Shown here: piece by piece, positions 21,811 to 31,916 of the stretch
Layout of the letters: every line of letters starts with the position of its first letter
Numbering within the stretch: position 1 is the stretch's first letter
Assembly (NCBI GenBank): GCA_024408095.1
Contig: JAKSVI010000004.1
Span: forward strand, 1,546 to 65,545
Direction of reading: 5' to 3'
Source: Bacilli bacterium
GTDB taxonomy: Bacteria; Bacillota_I; Bacilli_A; RFN20; CAG-826
DNA: 64,000 nt
Made by a program: the position numbers and the translations under genes
Notes under the pieces: generated by a model
Told to the model about the DNA's origin: nothing
Seen by the model: only the letters and a program-made list of their open reading frames with translations
Database searches by the model: none

Positions 21811-23220
21811 TACAGTCAGATTACGTTTCACAAAGGTAGGTCGTGAAATATAAAAAGGAGTTCTATAATTATTTTTGCTTAAGAAATAAGGAGAACTCCC
21901 ATGGACATTATACCTACCAACACAACTTCTTTTGAAGAAATAGTTAATTATTTTATAAAAGATATCAAATTATCTGGTCTAAATAATATAGCTTTGTTTC
22001 TGGAAAACTTAGATCAATTTTTATATGAAAACAGACAATCGCATCTAAAGGTAATTAAATTTAAGGAACGAGTAATACAAACCTCAATAGGAATGCTTAG
22101 ATTTAAAAGAAGGTATTATTACGATACCTACGAAAATAAATATCGGTACCTTCTTGATGCATTTTTATCGATTCCCAAAAGAAACCGTTATATGGATTCT
22201 GTAAAGCTAAAAATCATAGAAGCCGCAAGTGAGATGAGCTATGAAAAGGCTGGTAGATATGGATGTGAAGATGGTTTACCGGCTTCTAAAGCCACTGTAT
22301 GTCGATTAATAAAACAAACGGAATTCTACATAGTAGATAACTATAAAATAATTAAAAATGATGCTAAAATACACCTTCAAATTGATGAAAAATATGTTCA
22401 TATAAAAGGTGAGAAAAATCAAAAACGTTTATTAACTGCAACAATCTTTAAAGGAGTCAAAGTTAAAGGGGAGAAAAGAATATTACAGAATAGAACCATC
22501 ATATCTGGAAGTAAAATCAATACTTTCTTTAGAAGAATCAATAACATTTTAGAAAAGAAATACAAAGTCTTAACAGGTGAAGAAATATATGTCTCCGGAG
22601 ATTTAGCAACTTATATACAATCTTCTCCAGAAAAGATATATGTTTGCAAAGCAATATATGTTCCAGATAAATTCCATGTCGAACATACATTGAAGCAACA
22701 AACAGGAATAATCGCTAACGAGAAAGAATTAAATGATAAAGATTTCCAAAAAGATATTATTTCTTATCTCAAAGATGATATAAATCCAGAATCTAAAAAA
22801 CTTCTTAAACTATTAAAAACAAATCCAGAATGCCTCCGATGTTATTTAGATCCTAATTACGAGGGATGTTCACAAGAATGTATGAATTCACATTATTATG
22901 CAACTAGATTTGATAAAGTTCCTAATGTTTGGAAACTTAAGACAATAGAGAAGTTATCAAAGATAATAGAAGCGAAACAAAATAAAAATATAGTAAAAAT
23001 TGGATTTAAAGACGATTATTACGATATGCCTTATGATTTAGAAACAACAGTAACATTTGAAGATATATATCGTAATGTAATTAACACAGACGGAATGACT
23101 TATGAGATGAAAAAATTCTTCGATAGAATATGCGATGGATATGATGCTAAAATTATCTAGAAGCAAAAAGCAGATGGAATCTCTTCCACCTACCTTAATG
23201 AAACGCTATCTTACAGTCAT
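21811..23220 (+). mobile_element. ISLre2-family-like insertion sequence
   Basis: A single transposase ORF flanked by imperfect terminal inverted repeats. Left end: 21813-21843 CAGTCAGATTACGTTTCACAAAGGTAGGTCG. Right end: reverse complement of 23187-23216, CTGTAAGATAGCGTTTCATTAAGGTAGGTG. About 24 of 30 positions are identical. No convincing target-site duplication was seen. Confidence 0.6.
21901..23160 (+). CDS. transposase (ISLre2/UPF0236-like)
   Basis: 419 aa with AAGGAG upstream. Motifs resemble ISLre2-family transposases (…TSIGMLRFKRRYYYD…, IDEKYVHIKG). Lies inside the inverted-repeat-bounded element. Confidence 0.55.
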   Translation: MDIIPTNTTSFEEIVNYFIKDIKLSGLNNIALFLENLDQFLYENRQSHLKVIKFKERVIQTSIGMLRFKRRYYYDTYENKYRYLLDAFLSIPKRNRYMDSVKLKIIEAASEMSYEKAGRYGCEDGLPASKATVCRLIKQTEFYIVDNYKIIKNDAKIHLQIDEKYVHIKGEKNQKRLLTATIFKGVKVKGEKRILQNRTIISGSKINTFFRRINNILEKKYKVLTGEEIYVSGDLATYIQSSPEKIYVCKAIYVPDKFHVEHTLKQQTGIIANEKELNDKDFQKDIISYLKDDINPESKKLLKLLKTNPECLRCYLDPNYEGCSQECMNSHYYATRFDKVPNVWKLKTIEKLSKIIEAKQNKNIVKIGFKDDYYDMPYDLETTVTFEDIYRNVINTDGMTYEMKKFFDRICDGYDAKII

Positions 23221-23366
23221 TTAATATTTCCTAAGTAAAAATCTCAATCCTCCATTAAAAATTCATTAGAAATATTAAGCACATTATGTAAAAAAATTAC
23301 AAAAATATCTAAGTTTTGCACTACATTTTAATATTTTTCTCAGATTTTGTATATACATTTATTCAT

Positions 23367-23394
23367 CAAAAAAGGCGCCAAGTTTATGGCGCCA
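23367..23394 (-). terminator. rho-independent terminator ending the glycan locus
   Basis: Minus strand reads TGGCGCC-ATAAACT-TGGCGCC... (GGCGCCA/TGGCGCC stem) followed by TTTTTTGATG, 26 nt after the stop at 23420. Confidence 0.65.
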
Positions 23395-23419
23395 ATTATA
23401 ATATCTTCTTACCTGGCTA

Positions 23420-25369
23420 CTATTTTTTCTTTTTCTTTAAAATAATGCTGAGGCTTGCAATTAATCCTACAGACATAAAAGATAAGATGATAATAGTGAT
23501 TAGTGCACTTTCTGTATTACTTGTTAATGCTAAAAAATTATAAGAACTTTGATTGAATGAAATTCTATCACCATATGGTGTTGGATCATTATTTGCAACA
23601 GCCCAAGCTTCATAACGTGCTCTTGCTGATGCAACGAATGTATTATCACTTGTAGCAAACAAGATAAGATCTTCATCATCTAATTCACTAACTAACGCTT
23701 TGGTAGAGATATAATCAAGTGTGCAGTCGCCTTCGTCTCTTGTTGCTGAACCATTCCATGAGTTCATTTGTAGAGATGCAAACACATCTCTTAAATTACT
23801 AACAGAAAATGTTGGATCATTAATGACAGATGCAGAACAAGCCTTAACTCCAGTTAATTCTAATTTAATAGAAACTAAATCTTCTGGTTCGAAGTAAAAT
23901 TCAAATGGAATATCTGATGTTGTATAGTTAAATTCGTCAGATTCTTCAACTAATTTTCTGCCATCGCTATATGTGAAAGTAGCTACCAATTTGTTGCTGT
24001 TTGTATGGCCCGTTTCAGGAGAATATGCAGCAATTGTTCCTGATAATTTATCAAAAATCAAATCGGAAACAGGGAATTCATATGTAAAATCTTGATGGAT
24101 AAATAATCCGTTAACAGCGTGAACACTAGAGCCTTCACTATCTTGCATCATAAGTTCACTGCCCATCCAAGCAGTGCCACGAGCAGCTCCAAATGTATAA
24201 TCTGGGATTACAGAATCATATCCAAATAAACCATATAACTTTGTTGTCTCTCTAAAAAATTGAGCATTTGCAATAAATGTTGATCCATTGCCAAATCCAT
24301 TATCTGCAATAACTCTTAATTCAAATTCAGCAGAATCAGCTGGGATATCTATATTAACGATAAAGCCTGGATCTGTCTCTAAAATTTTTCCACTTGTATA
24401 AACACATAATCCATCTACATATCCTTCAACATGTGCTCCAGCGCATCCACTATGAAGTCCAATCAATGTGTTGAATAAACGAATATTTTTGTCTTCAATG
24501 TTGAATTTAAAAGAAACAAATAAATTATTATTTGTTTTGTCCGCTAAATATTGATCATAAGTAGCGTTTTTAAGGTGTACGCCAAAGCCTGTTTTTGACA
24601 TACACGGCATACCATATGGAGCGTATTGGCTGAATGGTTGTGCTTCAACATTTTTATCTAACATCGGGTATAAATATTGTGTTTGATTTGAGCCAGTAAT
24701 GAAGCTAAACCCTGATCCATTAGAACCAGTTAAACGTTCAAACATTTCTGATGCATTAATCTGATCACCTAATAAGTTATATAAACGTGGCTCTAGGAAT
24801 GCACATGTACCATTAGCGTAGCCCCATTCAGTTGCTTGAACACGTAATGTAAGTTTAGAACCACCAGCAATACGGCAACGTATAATCATTGGCTCGCCAT
24901 CATTATAAGTGGCACCAGCATTTGATCTAAAAAATACAAAATCTCTTTCCGTTCCATCAACTAAAACAGAGAATTTAAGCATATTGCTTCCTGCATCCAA
25001 AATTGCAACTTTTGCCTCAAAATATTCATATGCAAGTGATAAAGCAGAAATATCATATTCAATATCACCATCAGTGGAAGCTGGATCATTAAATGGATGC
25101 GTTCCGATACCTTTATTATATGTTTTGCCATTAACAATTAAGGGACCACCATCACATGCTTTATTGATGTTGACACTTGCCCAACCAGCAACTGGAGTAT
25201 TACTAAACGGAACAGTTGTAAGGTCTAATTCTTCTTCTATAACCTCATTTTCAGCATTACTCTGTATAACTGGAGCAACTTTAGATTCAGCTAATAAAGC
25301 TCCAGAAAACGCTAATCCTCCAACGAATAATGAGGTTATAAGTAATTTCATAAATTTATTTTTGTTCAT
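23420..25369 (-). CDS. membrane-anchored surface protein with NPCBM-like carbohydrate-binding module(s)
   Basis: 649 aa with an N-terminal signal (MKLLITSLFVGGLAFSGALLA) and an NPCBM-like signature (ACDGGPLIVNGKTYNKGIGTHP…DIEYDIS). A C-terminal hydrophobic helix followed by KKKKK serves as anchor; there is no LPXTG. Confidence 0.5.
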   Translation of the reverse strand: MNKNKFMKLLITSLFVGGLAFSGALLAESKVAPVIQSNAENEVIEEELDLTTVPFSNTPVAGWASVNINKACDGGPLIVNGKTYNKGIGTHPFNDPASTDGDIEYDISALSLAYEYFEAKVAILDAGSNMLKFSVLVDGTERDFVFFRSNAGATYNDGEPMIIRCRIAGGSKLTLRVQATEWGYANGTCAFLEPRLYNLLGDQINASEMFERLTGSNGSGFSFITGSNQTQYLYPMLDKNVEAQPFSQYAPYGMPCMSKTGFGVHLKNATYDQYLADKTNNNLFVSFKFNIEDKNIRLFNTLIGLHSGCAGAHVEGYVDGLCVYTSGKILETDPGFIVNIDIPADSAEFELRVIADNGFGNGSTFIANAQFFRETTKLYGLFGYDSVIPDYTFGAARGTAWMGSELMMQDSEGSSVHAVNGLFIHQDFTYEFPVSDLIFDKLSGTIAAYSPETGHTNSNKLVATFTYSDGRKLVEESDEFNYTTSDIPFEFYFEPEDLVSIKLELTGVKACSASVINDPTFSVSNLRDVFASLQMNSWNGSATRDEGDCTLDYISTKALVSELDDEDLILFATSDNTFVASARARYEAWAVANNDPTPYGDRISFNQSSYNFLALTSNTESALITIIILSFMSVGLIASLSIILKKKKK

Positions 25370-25440
25370 ATTGAACCTCCTTCTTCTTATGAAATATTTT
25401 GTAAATTGTTGTTCGGTAAATTTCTATAAATAACTCCTTT

Positions 25441-27585
25441 CTAACTTAATTTTTTTATTAAGATAACTGCAGCAGAAGCAGGATTATCAAGAATAATAGA
25501 ATATCCTTGTTTTAATGCTTTACCGCGTACTCTCGCTAATGTATTATTTCCATCTGTATCTGTTAAGGAATAATAAGCATCATCATCAATTCCTTGAACA
25601 TACACAGTTTGCGTTCTGTCTTTATTTTTTTCTTTTCTGAAAGCTTGAATAATTCCCTCACCAGATGTTGGGTCCATAAATTGGAATACATCCCAAGTTT
25701 TGTCATCACTAACATTGTGATATGGAGTTAATGGGTAATAATCTTTAGACAAATATTTATTGATCATGGCCCATTCTGCTTGACCACGTTTTACAACATC
25801 CCAGTCTAAATTCTTATTTTTAGAAAATTGTAAAGCATATGTCATAATTGGCGCATATGAAGCTCGCATGTTATACATACCAACTTTTCCATCGGACATT
25901 TCATTAACATAAACACCCGCTAATGGAAGCCATCTAAATGTCGCGTGAGAAAATGCTAAACGTAATGGCATACTATGGGGATGAACCATCGCCCAATCAG
26001 CATCACTTCTGTTGAATGGAAAACTATAACGCAAGGAAAGTAAATCGTTACGTCCACCACCCGATGCACAATCATCAATATAATTACATCCTCCAACACT
26101 TAATTGGGCATTTATAACTTCTTGCCATAATCTAAAGTGATTTTGAGTATATAAATTTTCAGTCATGCCTTTTCTATTTGGACCAGTAAAGGCATCATAA
26201 ACTGCCCATGAAGCAGCCGGTTCACCATTAAAATCTTCTCGATATAATCCAATTTTGTTATCGATAATCATGTTAACAACTCTGTTTTTAATCCATTGAT
26301 AAGCATCTTCTAATGCTAAATTAACGAAATTAAGTTCATTATTACCGTGTTCTGCAATTGCCCATCGACGATCAAAACCATAATTTCTAACTAAATCATC
26401 AAGATGTGTCACTCTTTCTGTTTCAAACCATAATTGAGTAAATTTACCTCTTTCTAAAGAGAAGTTGATGGTATCTTTAAATGTATTAGCGGGCCATTTC
26501 TTTCTGTCAACAGCCCATGTTCCTACATGTCCCCACCAATCTGTTGTTGTGGATTCGCCATTAGGGGATACATACCATCCAGCATCAATTAATCTGAAAT
26601 CAAAATCCATATTGTGATTTATAACTTGATTATAGGAATCCCTCCATGTTTCATATGTTTCAGAATCAGCATCATTAGTGGCTCCTTCTTTAATGTCTCT
26701 TTTTAAGAATACACCTTGAATAGAAGTAAACTTGCTACCATCACTATTTGTTGGGGCATTGCAATCCACATACCATCTTCTCCAAGCATTAATTGCAGTG
26801 TATTCATTTTGTTCGTAATATCTAACAATCCCGATAAGGGGAGACATTATTTGTTCACCTGGTTTTAAATATGAGGCAAAATCTAAGCAACCTTGTCCAA
26901 CAAAATTTGTTGTTTGACTATCTTTGTCATATAAAAATTTTGCACGATATGTACCTGGCCAGCCTATCGCTATCATTGCACCACCATCATCATTTGCTAA
27001 ATCATAATATGGGAATGTAACGTGAGTTGATCTACCAATAACGTTTTCATCTATAAAATCTTTTTTTGTTAAGTCAAAATCATACTCGGCGTATTGCTTT
27101 TCATGATCTCCTAATATTCCACGGATAAAGGCATTATTTCCCTTCAATAAATAATCAGCAGCATTGAAATTTTTGATTATTGGTGAGTTTTCACTAGCAC
27201 TATTTTTAATCCAAATAGTCCAGTCAAAGGCATCATAACCTTCATAATATGAAGTATCTAAAGTAATAACTAATCCATTTTTCATAGTCATTCTTATGAT
27301 GTGTTGTTCTTTTGGACTTAAATAATTTATTTTGTGTTCAATAACGGTAAAATATTTTTGTTTAAACCCACGATATCCAACATTTCCGCACATAAATGAA
27401 CATGGGAAATTCTCTAAGTTATTAATATATGAATCAAATTCTTTTCTAGATTCACCATTTTTCATGCTTGTTTCTCCTTCATTTATTGCCATAACAGATT
27501 TATTTTCTTTTATAGTCGAAACTCCTCCAATTGCGGTTGTTCCAATTAAAGAAAACAGGAATAAAAATAACAATGTTTTTTTCAT
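25441..27585 (-). CDS. exported GH36-like (clan GH-D) glycoside hydrolase, alpha-galactosidase/alpha-GalNAc-ase type
   Basis: 714 aa with an N-terminal signal. Catalytic-core motifs appear in the canonical order: FRLIDAGWY, LYREDFNGEP (nucleophile region, cf. KWDMN) and DDCASGGGRNDL (acid/base region, cf. GGGRxD). Confidence 0.6.
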   Translation of the reverse strand: MKKTLLFLFLFSLIGTTAIGGVSTIKENKSVMAINEGETSMKNGESRKEFDSYINNLENFPCSFMCGNVGYRGFKQKYFTVIEHKINYLSPKEQHIIRMTMKNGLVITLDTSYYEGYDAFDWTIWIKNSASENSPIIKNFNAADYLLKGNNAFIRGILGDHEKQYAEYDFDLTKKDFIDENVIGRSTHVTFPYYDLANDDGGAMIAIGWPGTYRAKFLYDKDSQTTNFVGQGCLDFASYLKPGEQIMSPLIGIVRYYEQNEYTAINAWRRWYVDCNAPTNSDGSKFTSIQGVFLKRDIKEGATNDADSETYETWRDSYNQVINHNMDFDFRLIDAGWYVSPNGESTTTDWWGHVGTWAVDRKKWPANTFKDTINFSLERGKFTQLWFETERVTHLDDLVRNYGFDRRWAIAEHGNNELNFVNLALEDAYQWIKNRVVNMIIDNKIGLYREDFNGEPAASWAVYDAFTGPNRKGMTENLYTQNHFRLWQEVINAQLSVGGCNYIDDCASGGGRNDLLSLRYSFPFNRSDADWAMVHPHSMPLRLAFSHATFRWLPLAGVYVNEMSDGKVGMYNMRASYAPIMTYALQFSKNKNLDWDVVKRGQAEWAMINKYLSKDYYPLTPYHNVSDDKTWDVFQFMDPTSGEGIIQAFRKEKNKDRTQTVYVQGIDDDAYYSLTDTDGNNTLARVRGKALKQGYSIILDNPASAAVILIKKLS

Positions 27586-27586
27586 A

Positions 27587-28663
27587 TTATTTCACCCCAT
27601 ATTGAATGAGCTCTTTTAATCTATAAGAGAGCATCATATAGCTATAAGAAATATCATCAACAGAACTTGAGTCTGTATAAGTTTTAGCAATTTCAAGGCA
27701 CTTTTGCAGGGAAATATAAGAATTTTTTGTATATTTCGATTCATCAGTTATTTTCTCAGCTTCCCTAATTAACTGTTGTAATTCATCAAAAGTTTTTATC
27801 TCTATCAATTGATTAATAGCATCATTTAATTGTTTATATGTTTCGTTAATAATTATTTGATTTTTACCATAAGCTTTAACTTCTCTAGCAAAATTTAAAA
27901 CCGTTTGGAAATCTTCCCATGATTTAGGTGTATATTTATCTTTATTGTATGTATCTGCAGTATTTATTAAATTAGTTAGTGCAGTATTATCTATCTTAAA
28001 AGATGGGGATGTAATTGTTATATTTCTAACTTTTGAAGGACATTTAAATGCACGAATGCCCACTAATCCAGCTTTGTCTCCAATATTATAAGAAAATAAA
28101 GGATTATCATAATCATTATTAATATATGTTGTAACAATGCCATTTTTAACTAAACAGCTTAAATGAATCCATTCAGCGTTCCAAAATGGAAGGTCAGAAG
28201 CTTCTATGTATTGTCCTTTCCAGCTGCCACCACTAAATTTATATAAACGTAAATCCCAGTTTGGTGTATTCTCATCATGTTTAATACAAACCTGCCAAGC
28301 ATTAATATGATCAACTTCAGAGCTTGGAGAATCGGCTTGTAAATAAAAACCTGTATCAATATGACCTTTATAAATAATTGGTGCAAAGTCGGCTTCAATT
28401 AAATATTCCGTTAATTTAACATCCCTTAAAATCAATTTATTTTCTGCATAAATATAAGAGAACATTGAATGATCATAAAAACGTGGTAGAGCATTATATG
28501 AAGTGTATGTATCAAAACGGCTTAAGTCATCTACGTTATCAAAATCAAAAGATATTGTTCCACCATCAATTAATTTATCAACTGAAGCATTAGAAGGGTT
28601 AGTTTTCATCAGAAAACCTCCAGATAAAAACGATATAAGTAAAGGCAATATTATAAATTTCAT
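27587..28663 (-). CDS. exported ConA/LamG-like jelly-roll protein with FIVAR-like helical repeats
   Basis: 358 aa with a signal peptide and a beta-sandwich core (…WIHLSCLVKNGIVTTYINND…GLVGIRAF). C-terminal repeats are YTPKSWEDFQTVLNFAREV and YTKNSYISLQKCLEIAKTY. Confidence 0.5.
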   Translation of the reverse strand: MKFIILPLLISFLSGGFLMKTNPSNASVDKLIDGGTISFDFDNVDDLSRFDTYTSYNALPRFYDHSMFSYIYAENKLILRDVKLTEYLIEADFAPIIYKGHIDTGFYLQADSPSSEVDHINAWQVCIKHDENTPNWDLRLYKFSGGSWKGQYIEASDLPFWNAEWIHLSCLVKNGIVTTYINNDYDNPLFSYNIGDKAGLVGIRAFKCPSKVRNITITSPSFKIDNTALTNLINTADTYNKDKYTPKSWEDFQTVLNFAREVKAYGKNQIIINETYKQLNDAINQLIEIKTFDELQQLIREAEKITDESKYTKNSYISLQKCLEIAKTYTDSSSVDDISYSYMMLSYRLKELIQYGVK

Positions 28664-30873
28664 CTAACGGCCTCCACTACAAACGAAGAAATTGTAACTT
28701 TATATCCAATTAAATCAGTCTGAGAAGAACGCATTGCGCAGAAATGGAATCCAATAAAATCTCCACCTTTGCATTCAAATGTCCATGTTGTTAAATCTGG
28801 AGATAATTCGTTTGATTTATCTTCTGCACCATTAGTTAACCAACGATAGAAGATAAAGGAAGTTTTGTCGTTATCACCTTCAATTTTGTAATTTAAAGTG
28901 AATCTATATGTTTTATCCATTTCAAAGTTGAATGGTTCCCAGGCAACTGGATTAGAACCATCTCTTTTCATTGTGAATATTCCGTTTTGGCAAACAGATG
29001 GATTTTTAGCGTGATCTTGTTCAGCGTTATATGGTTCGTAAACCAAAACATTATGTCCATCGACCATACCTAAACTAGACATTTTGGTGTCTTGAGTAAT
29101 TGTGTAATTTAACGAAGAACCGCAAGCATCCCATGGCCACACATTAGTTGTGTTGAAGTCATCATAGAAAATATTTGTTGTGTTAGTAATTGTAAATGTT
29201 AATTGATTTCCAATATTGGTATCAATTTTAAAAGTGGTTGTTCCATATAATGTGATTAAGGCGTTATTTTGAATGACTAAACCATCATTTTCAAATGAAA
29301 AGTCATTTTTACTAACTTCTTGACCGTCTTTATTTGAAACATCATATTGATTAGATCCATATTTAGTAACTTTTGTTATATAAGCATTATCAAATGTTCC
29401 TGATAATTTTACAGAACTTTCTTTTCCAGTAACTGTTTTAGATGTTTCAGTCAATATTGCAGTTCCATTAATTGTGACTGTTAACGTTGCTTTAACATCT
29501 CCAATTGAGGTGGCAAATACTAATTCATGCACTCCAACAGATAAATTATTCATAACAGAACTTGGAATGGTGAAACTATCATCTTTTAATGTGGCTTCAG
29601 TAACTTCATTGCCATCTAAAAGTAAATCATATTTCCATCCATGAGCATTTATAGTTCCTACATAATCTCCGCTATCTTTCTTATAGTCAGGAAGATTTAT
29701 AATTTCTAAACAATCTGTAACTTCAGAAACTCGGAAATTGTCAAGCAATAAATAGCCACTACCACGGAGCCATTTAGCATAAATAAATGTACCTGATTGA
29801 ATTTGATTTCCAGTTAAAATAACCGAGAAATGATGCACTTTATTATCATTTTCTGGTCCCATCAATAATGGCTCTTGATATGTAAATGGAGCGCCCCAAT
29901 CAGTAATAGTAGCGAAGCAGAAAGTTTGTCCAGTCACATTAGAACTTCCAATAGTTTCATAGTCAAAACTAATAGAATATATTTTGTCTCTAACATAACC
30001 AACTTTATACCAGCTCATAGTGGTTAAAGCGTCACCTAATGTCATTATTGAATTGCAATCAAGTTCAACTTCTACATTGTTTGGTACATATTTTAATGCA
30101 TTGCCAACCATTCCGTAACTTTCTGCGTTTACGATTTGAACAGATTCAGTTGTGGCATATTGGTAAAGAGGGTTCGCTCCATATATTGAAACAACGTCAC
30201 TATGTATAGTAGTTAAATCGTAATCGGTGAAGAATAAAATATCAGAGCTGACATTAAATTTATAAACATCATGGTTTGATAATGTTAATACAAATTCACT
30301 AGTGCCATAGCAATGATCTAAGACCTCACTTGATAAAGTAAATGTATTATCAGCATATGAATAATAAGTAGAAGGAATTGTTATTCCGCCTTTAGTTAAA
30401 GATGTAATAGTCGCAATTGAGAAATCGCAATCGTATTTAAGATCACCAGTTTTACCAAATGTATATTTCTTTGTAGCAGTGTCAAATCTTGTTTTAACAG
30501 AATTCATAACCTCAATATTTAATACAGATGGTTTAACTTCTTCGTCATAATAAACAGTTAATGTGTAATTACCTTTATCAACAGTTGACATATATGATTC
30601 TTTAATAGCTAAAACTTTTTTATCACTTTCATATTTAGCTTGTTTTGCAGATAATAAATAATCTTCGAAGTAACAGGCGTATATATTTACTCCATTAAGT
30701 TCGACCGGCATCTCTAAATCATTAGCTGCGTTTTTATCATACGAATATGAATCTTTAGAAAATACAGGAATGCCTGGATCTGGTTTTGGAGGAACAGGAG
30801 GATTTGTTGGATTATTATTACAGCCCACCAAGAATAGTGAAACTAACATTAATGGTAAAAAAATCTTTTTCAT
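28660..30873 (-). CDS. large surface lipoprotein, multiple beta-sandwich modules, no catalytic motif recognised
   Basis: 737 aa with lipobox LFLVGC. First gene of the AraC-adjacent operon. ATGA overlap with the next gene. Confidence 0.5.
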   Translation of the reverse strand: MKKIFLPLMLVSLFLVGCNNNPTNPPVPPKPDPGIPVFSKDSYSYDKNAANDLEMPVELNGVNIYACYFEDYLLSAKQAKYESDKKVLAIKESYMSTVDKGNYTLTVYYDEEVKPSVLNIEVMNSVKTRFDTATKKYTFGKTGDLKYDCDFSIATITSLTKGGITIPSTYYSYADNTFTLSSEVLDHCYGTSEFVLTLSNHDVYKFNVSSDILFFTDYDLTTIHSDVVSIYGANPLYQYATTESVQIVNAESYGMVGNALKYVPNNVEVELDCNSIMTLGDALTTMSWYKVGYVRDKIYSISFDYETIGSSNVTGQTFCFATITDWGAPFTYQEPLLMGPENDNKVHHFSVILTGNQIQSGTFIYAKWLRGSGYLLLDNFRVSEVTDCLEIINLPDYKKDSGDYVGTINAHGWKYDLLLDGNEVTEATLKDDSFTIPSSVMNNLSVGVHELVFATSIGDVKATLTVTINGTAILTETSKTVTGKESSVKLSGTFDNAYITKVTKYGSNQYDVSNKDGQEVSKNDFSFENDGLVIQNNALITLYGTTTFKIDTNIGNQLTFTITNTTNIFYDDFNTTNVWPWDACGSSLNYTITQDTKMSSLGMVDGHNVLVYEPYNAEQDHAKNPSVCQNGIFTMKRDGSNPVAWEPFNFEMDKTYRFTLNYKIEGDNDKTSFIFYRWLTNGAEDKSNELSPDLTTWTFECKGGDFIGFHFCAMRSSQTDLIGYKVTISSFVVEAVR

Positions 30874-30977
30874 ACATTCTCCTTACGACTAACATCTAAA
30901 TTTATAATTAAATTATAATGATAATTTCCAAGCTTTTCATTGTAAAGGCAAACATATATATTGTAAAATAGTACACA

Positions 30978-31901
30978 ATGATTGATGCCTTTAAATATCC
31001 AAAAAAACTTCCATTATCCGAAAAAATATTATGGGAATATAATGATTGTTTTGCCGATAGACCGACAAAAAAACTATGTTTTGCGTTCTTACATCAAAAC
31101 TATAGTATGGATATGCATAAACACGAATTTTATGAAATAAACGTAGTAGTAAGTGGAACAGGTGTCCATTATAGTAAATTAGGTTCAAAAATAGTAAAAA
31201 GAGGGGATGTATTCATAATTCCTCCAAATGCTCTTCATGGATATTATAGTTATGACCATTTGAATGTCTGGCACGCTTTATTTCAAGAATCATTCTTTAC
31301 TAGATATTCAAATGATTTGAGCCTAGCTTCCTCATACCAAATTTTATTTGACACTAATAGAAACAATGTTGAAAGATATCCTATTAAAATAGAATGTAGT
31401 AACCAACTATCATTTAATGAATTAGAATCATTAATTAAAAAATTAACTGATTCATTAAATTTGGAAGAATCATATCAAGTACAAAATATTGAATACGTTA
31501 GATCTTATTTATGTGGACTAGAGTTAATTATAAAGCTCTGTGAACTATACGAAAATAAAGGGACTATATTCGGCCCTAATATTGAACAAAACAATAAAAT
31601 TTATAGTTGCATGGCTTATTTCCATACTAATTATAACAAAAAGATAGATATAAATGAGCTTTGCAAAATAGCGTGTATGTCTCGTACTTTGTTATTTAAA
31701 GAATTTAAAAGGGTTACAGGTTTAACTCCTAACGACTTCCTAAATGATTATCGTATGAAAATCGCGAATAAGCTTCTTCAAGAAACAGATTTATCTATAA
31801 ATGAGATATCATCGCAAGTTGGTTATTATGATTCGTCTCATTTTGAAAAAATGTACAAAAGATATTTCAACACTATTCCAAAGAAAAATAGAACTTACTG
31901 A
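30978..31901 (+). CDS. AraC family transcriptional regulator (cupin sensor + HTH)
   Basis: 307 aa with an N-terminal cupin-type AraC_binding region (HKHEFYEINVVVSGTGVHY) and a C-terminal double HTH (…CMSRTLLFKEFKRVTGLTPNDFLNDYRMKIANKLLQETDLSINEISSQVGYYDSSHFEKMYKRYF). Divergent from the 30873 operon. Confidence 0.9.
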   Translation: MIDAFKYPKKLPLSEKILWEYNDCFADRPTKKLCFAFLHQNYSMDMHKHEFYEINVVVSGTGVHYSKLGSKIVKRGDVFIIPPNALHGYYSYDHLNVWHALFQESFFTRYSNDLSLASSYQILFDTNRNNVERYPIKIECSNQLSFNELESLIKKLTDSLNLEESYQVQNIEYVRSYLCGLELIIKLCELYENKGTIFGPNIEQNNKIYSCMAYFHTNYNKKIDINELCKIACMSRTLLFKEFKRVTGLTPNDFLNDYRMKIANKLLQETDLSINEISSQVGYYDSSHFEKMYKRYFNTIPKKNRTY

Positions 31902-31916
31902 TATTATTTTTTGAGT

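Noticed and set aside
21795-23235. Target-site duplication flanking the ISLre2-like element.
   Set aside because: I compared the 9-10 nt outside several plausible inverted-repeat ends (…AATAGATAT / AATATTTCC…, …AGATATGAA / TCATTTAAT…). None matches beyond 4 nt, so no duplication is claimed and the exact IS ends stay uncertain by a few bases.
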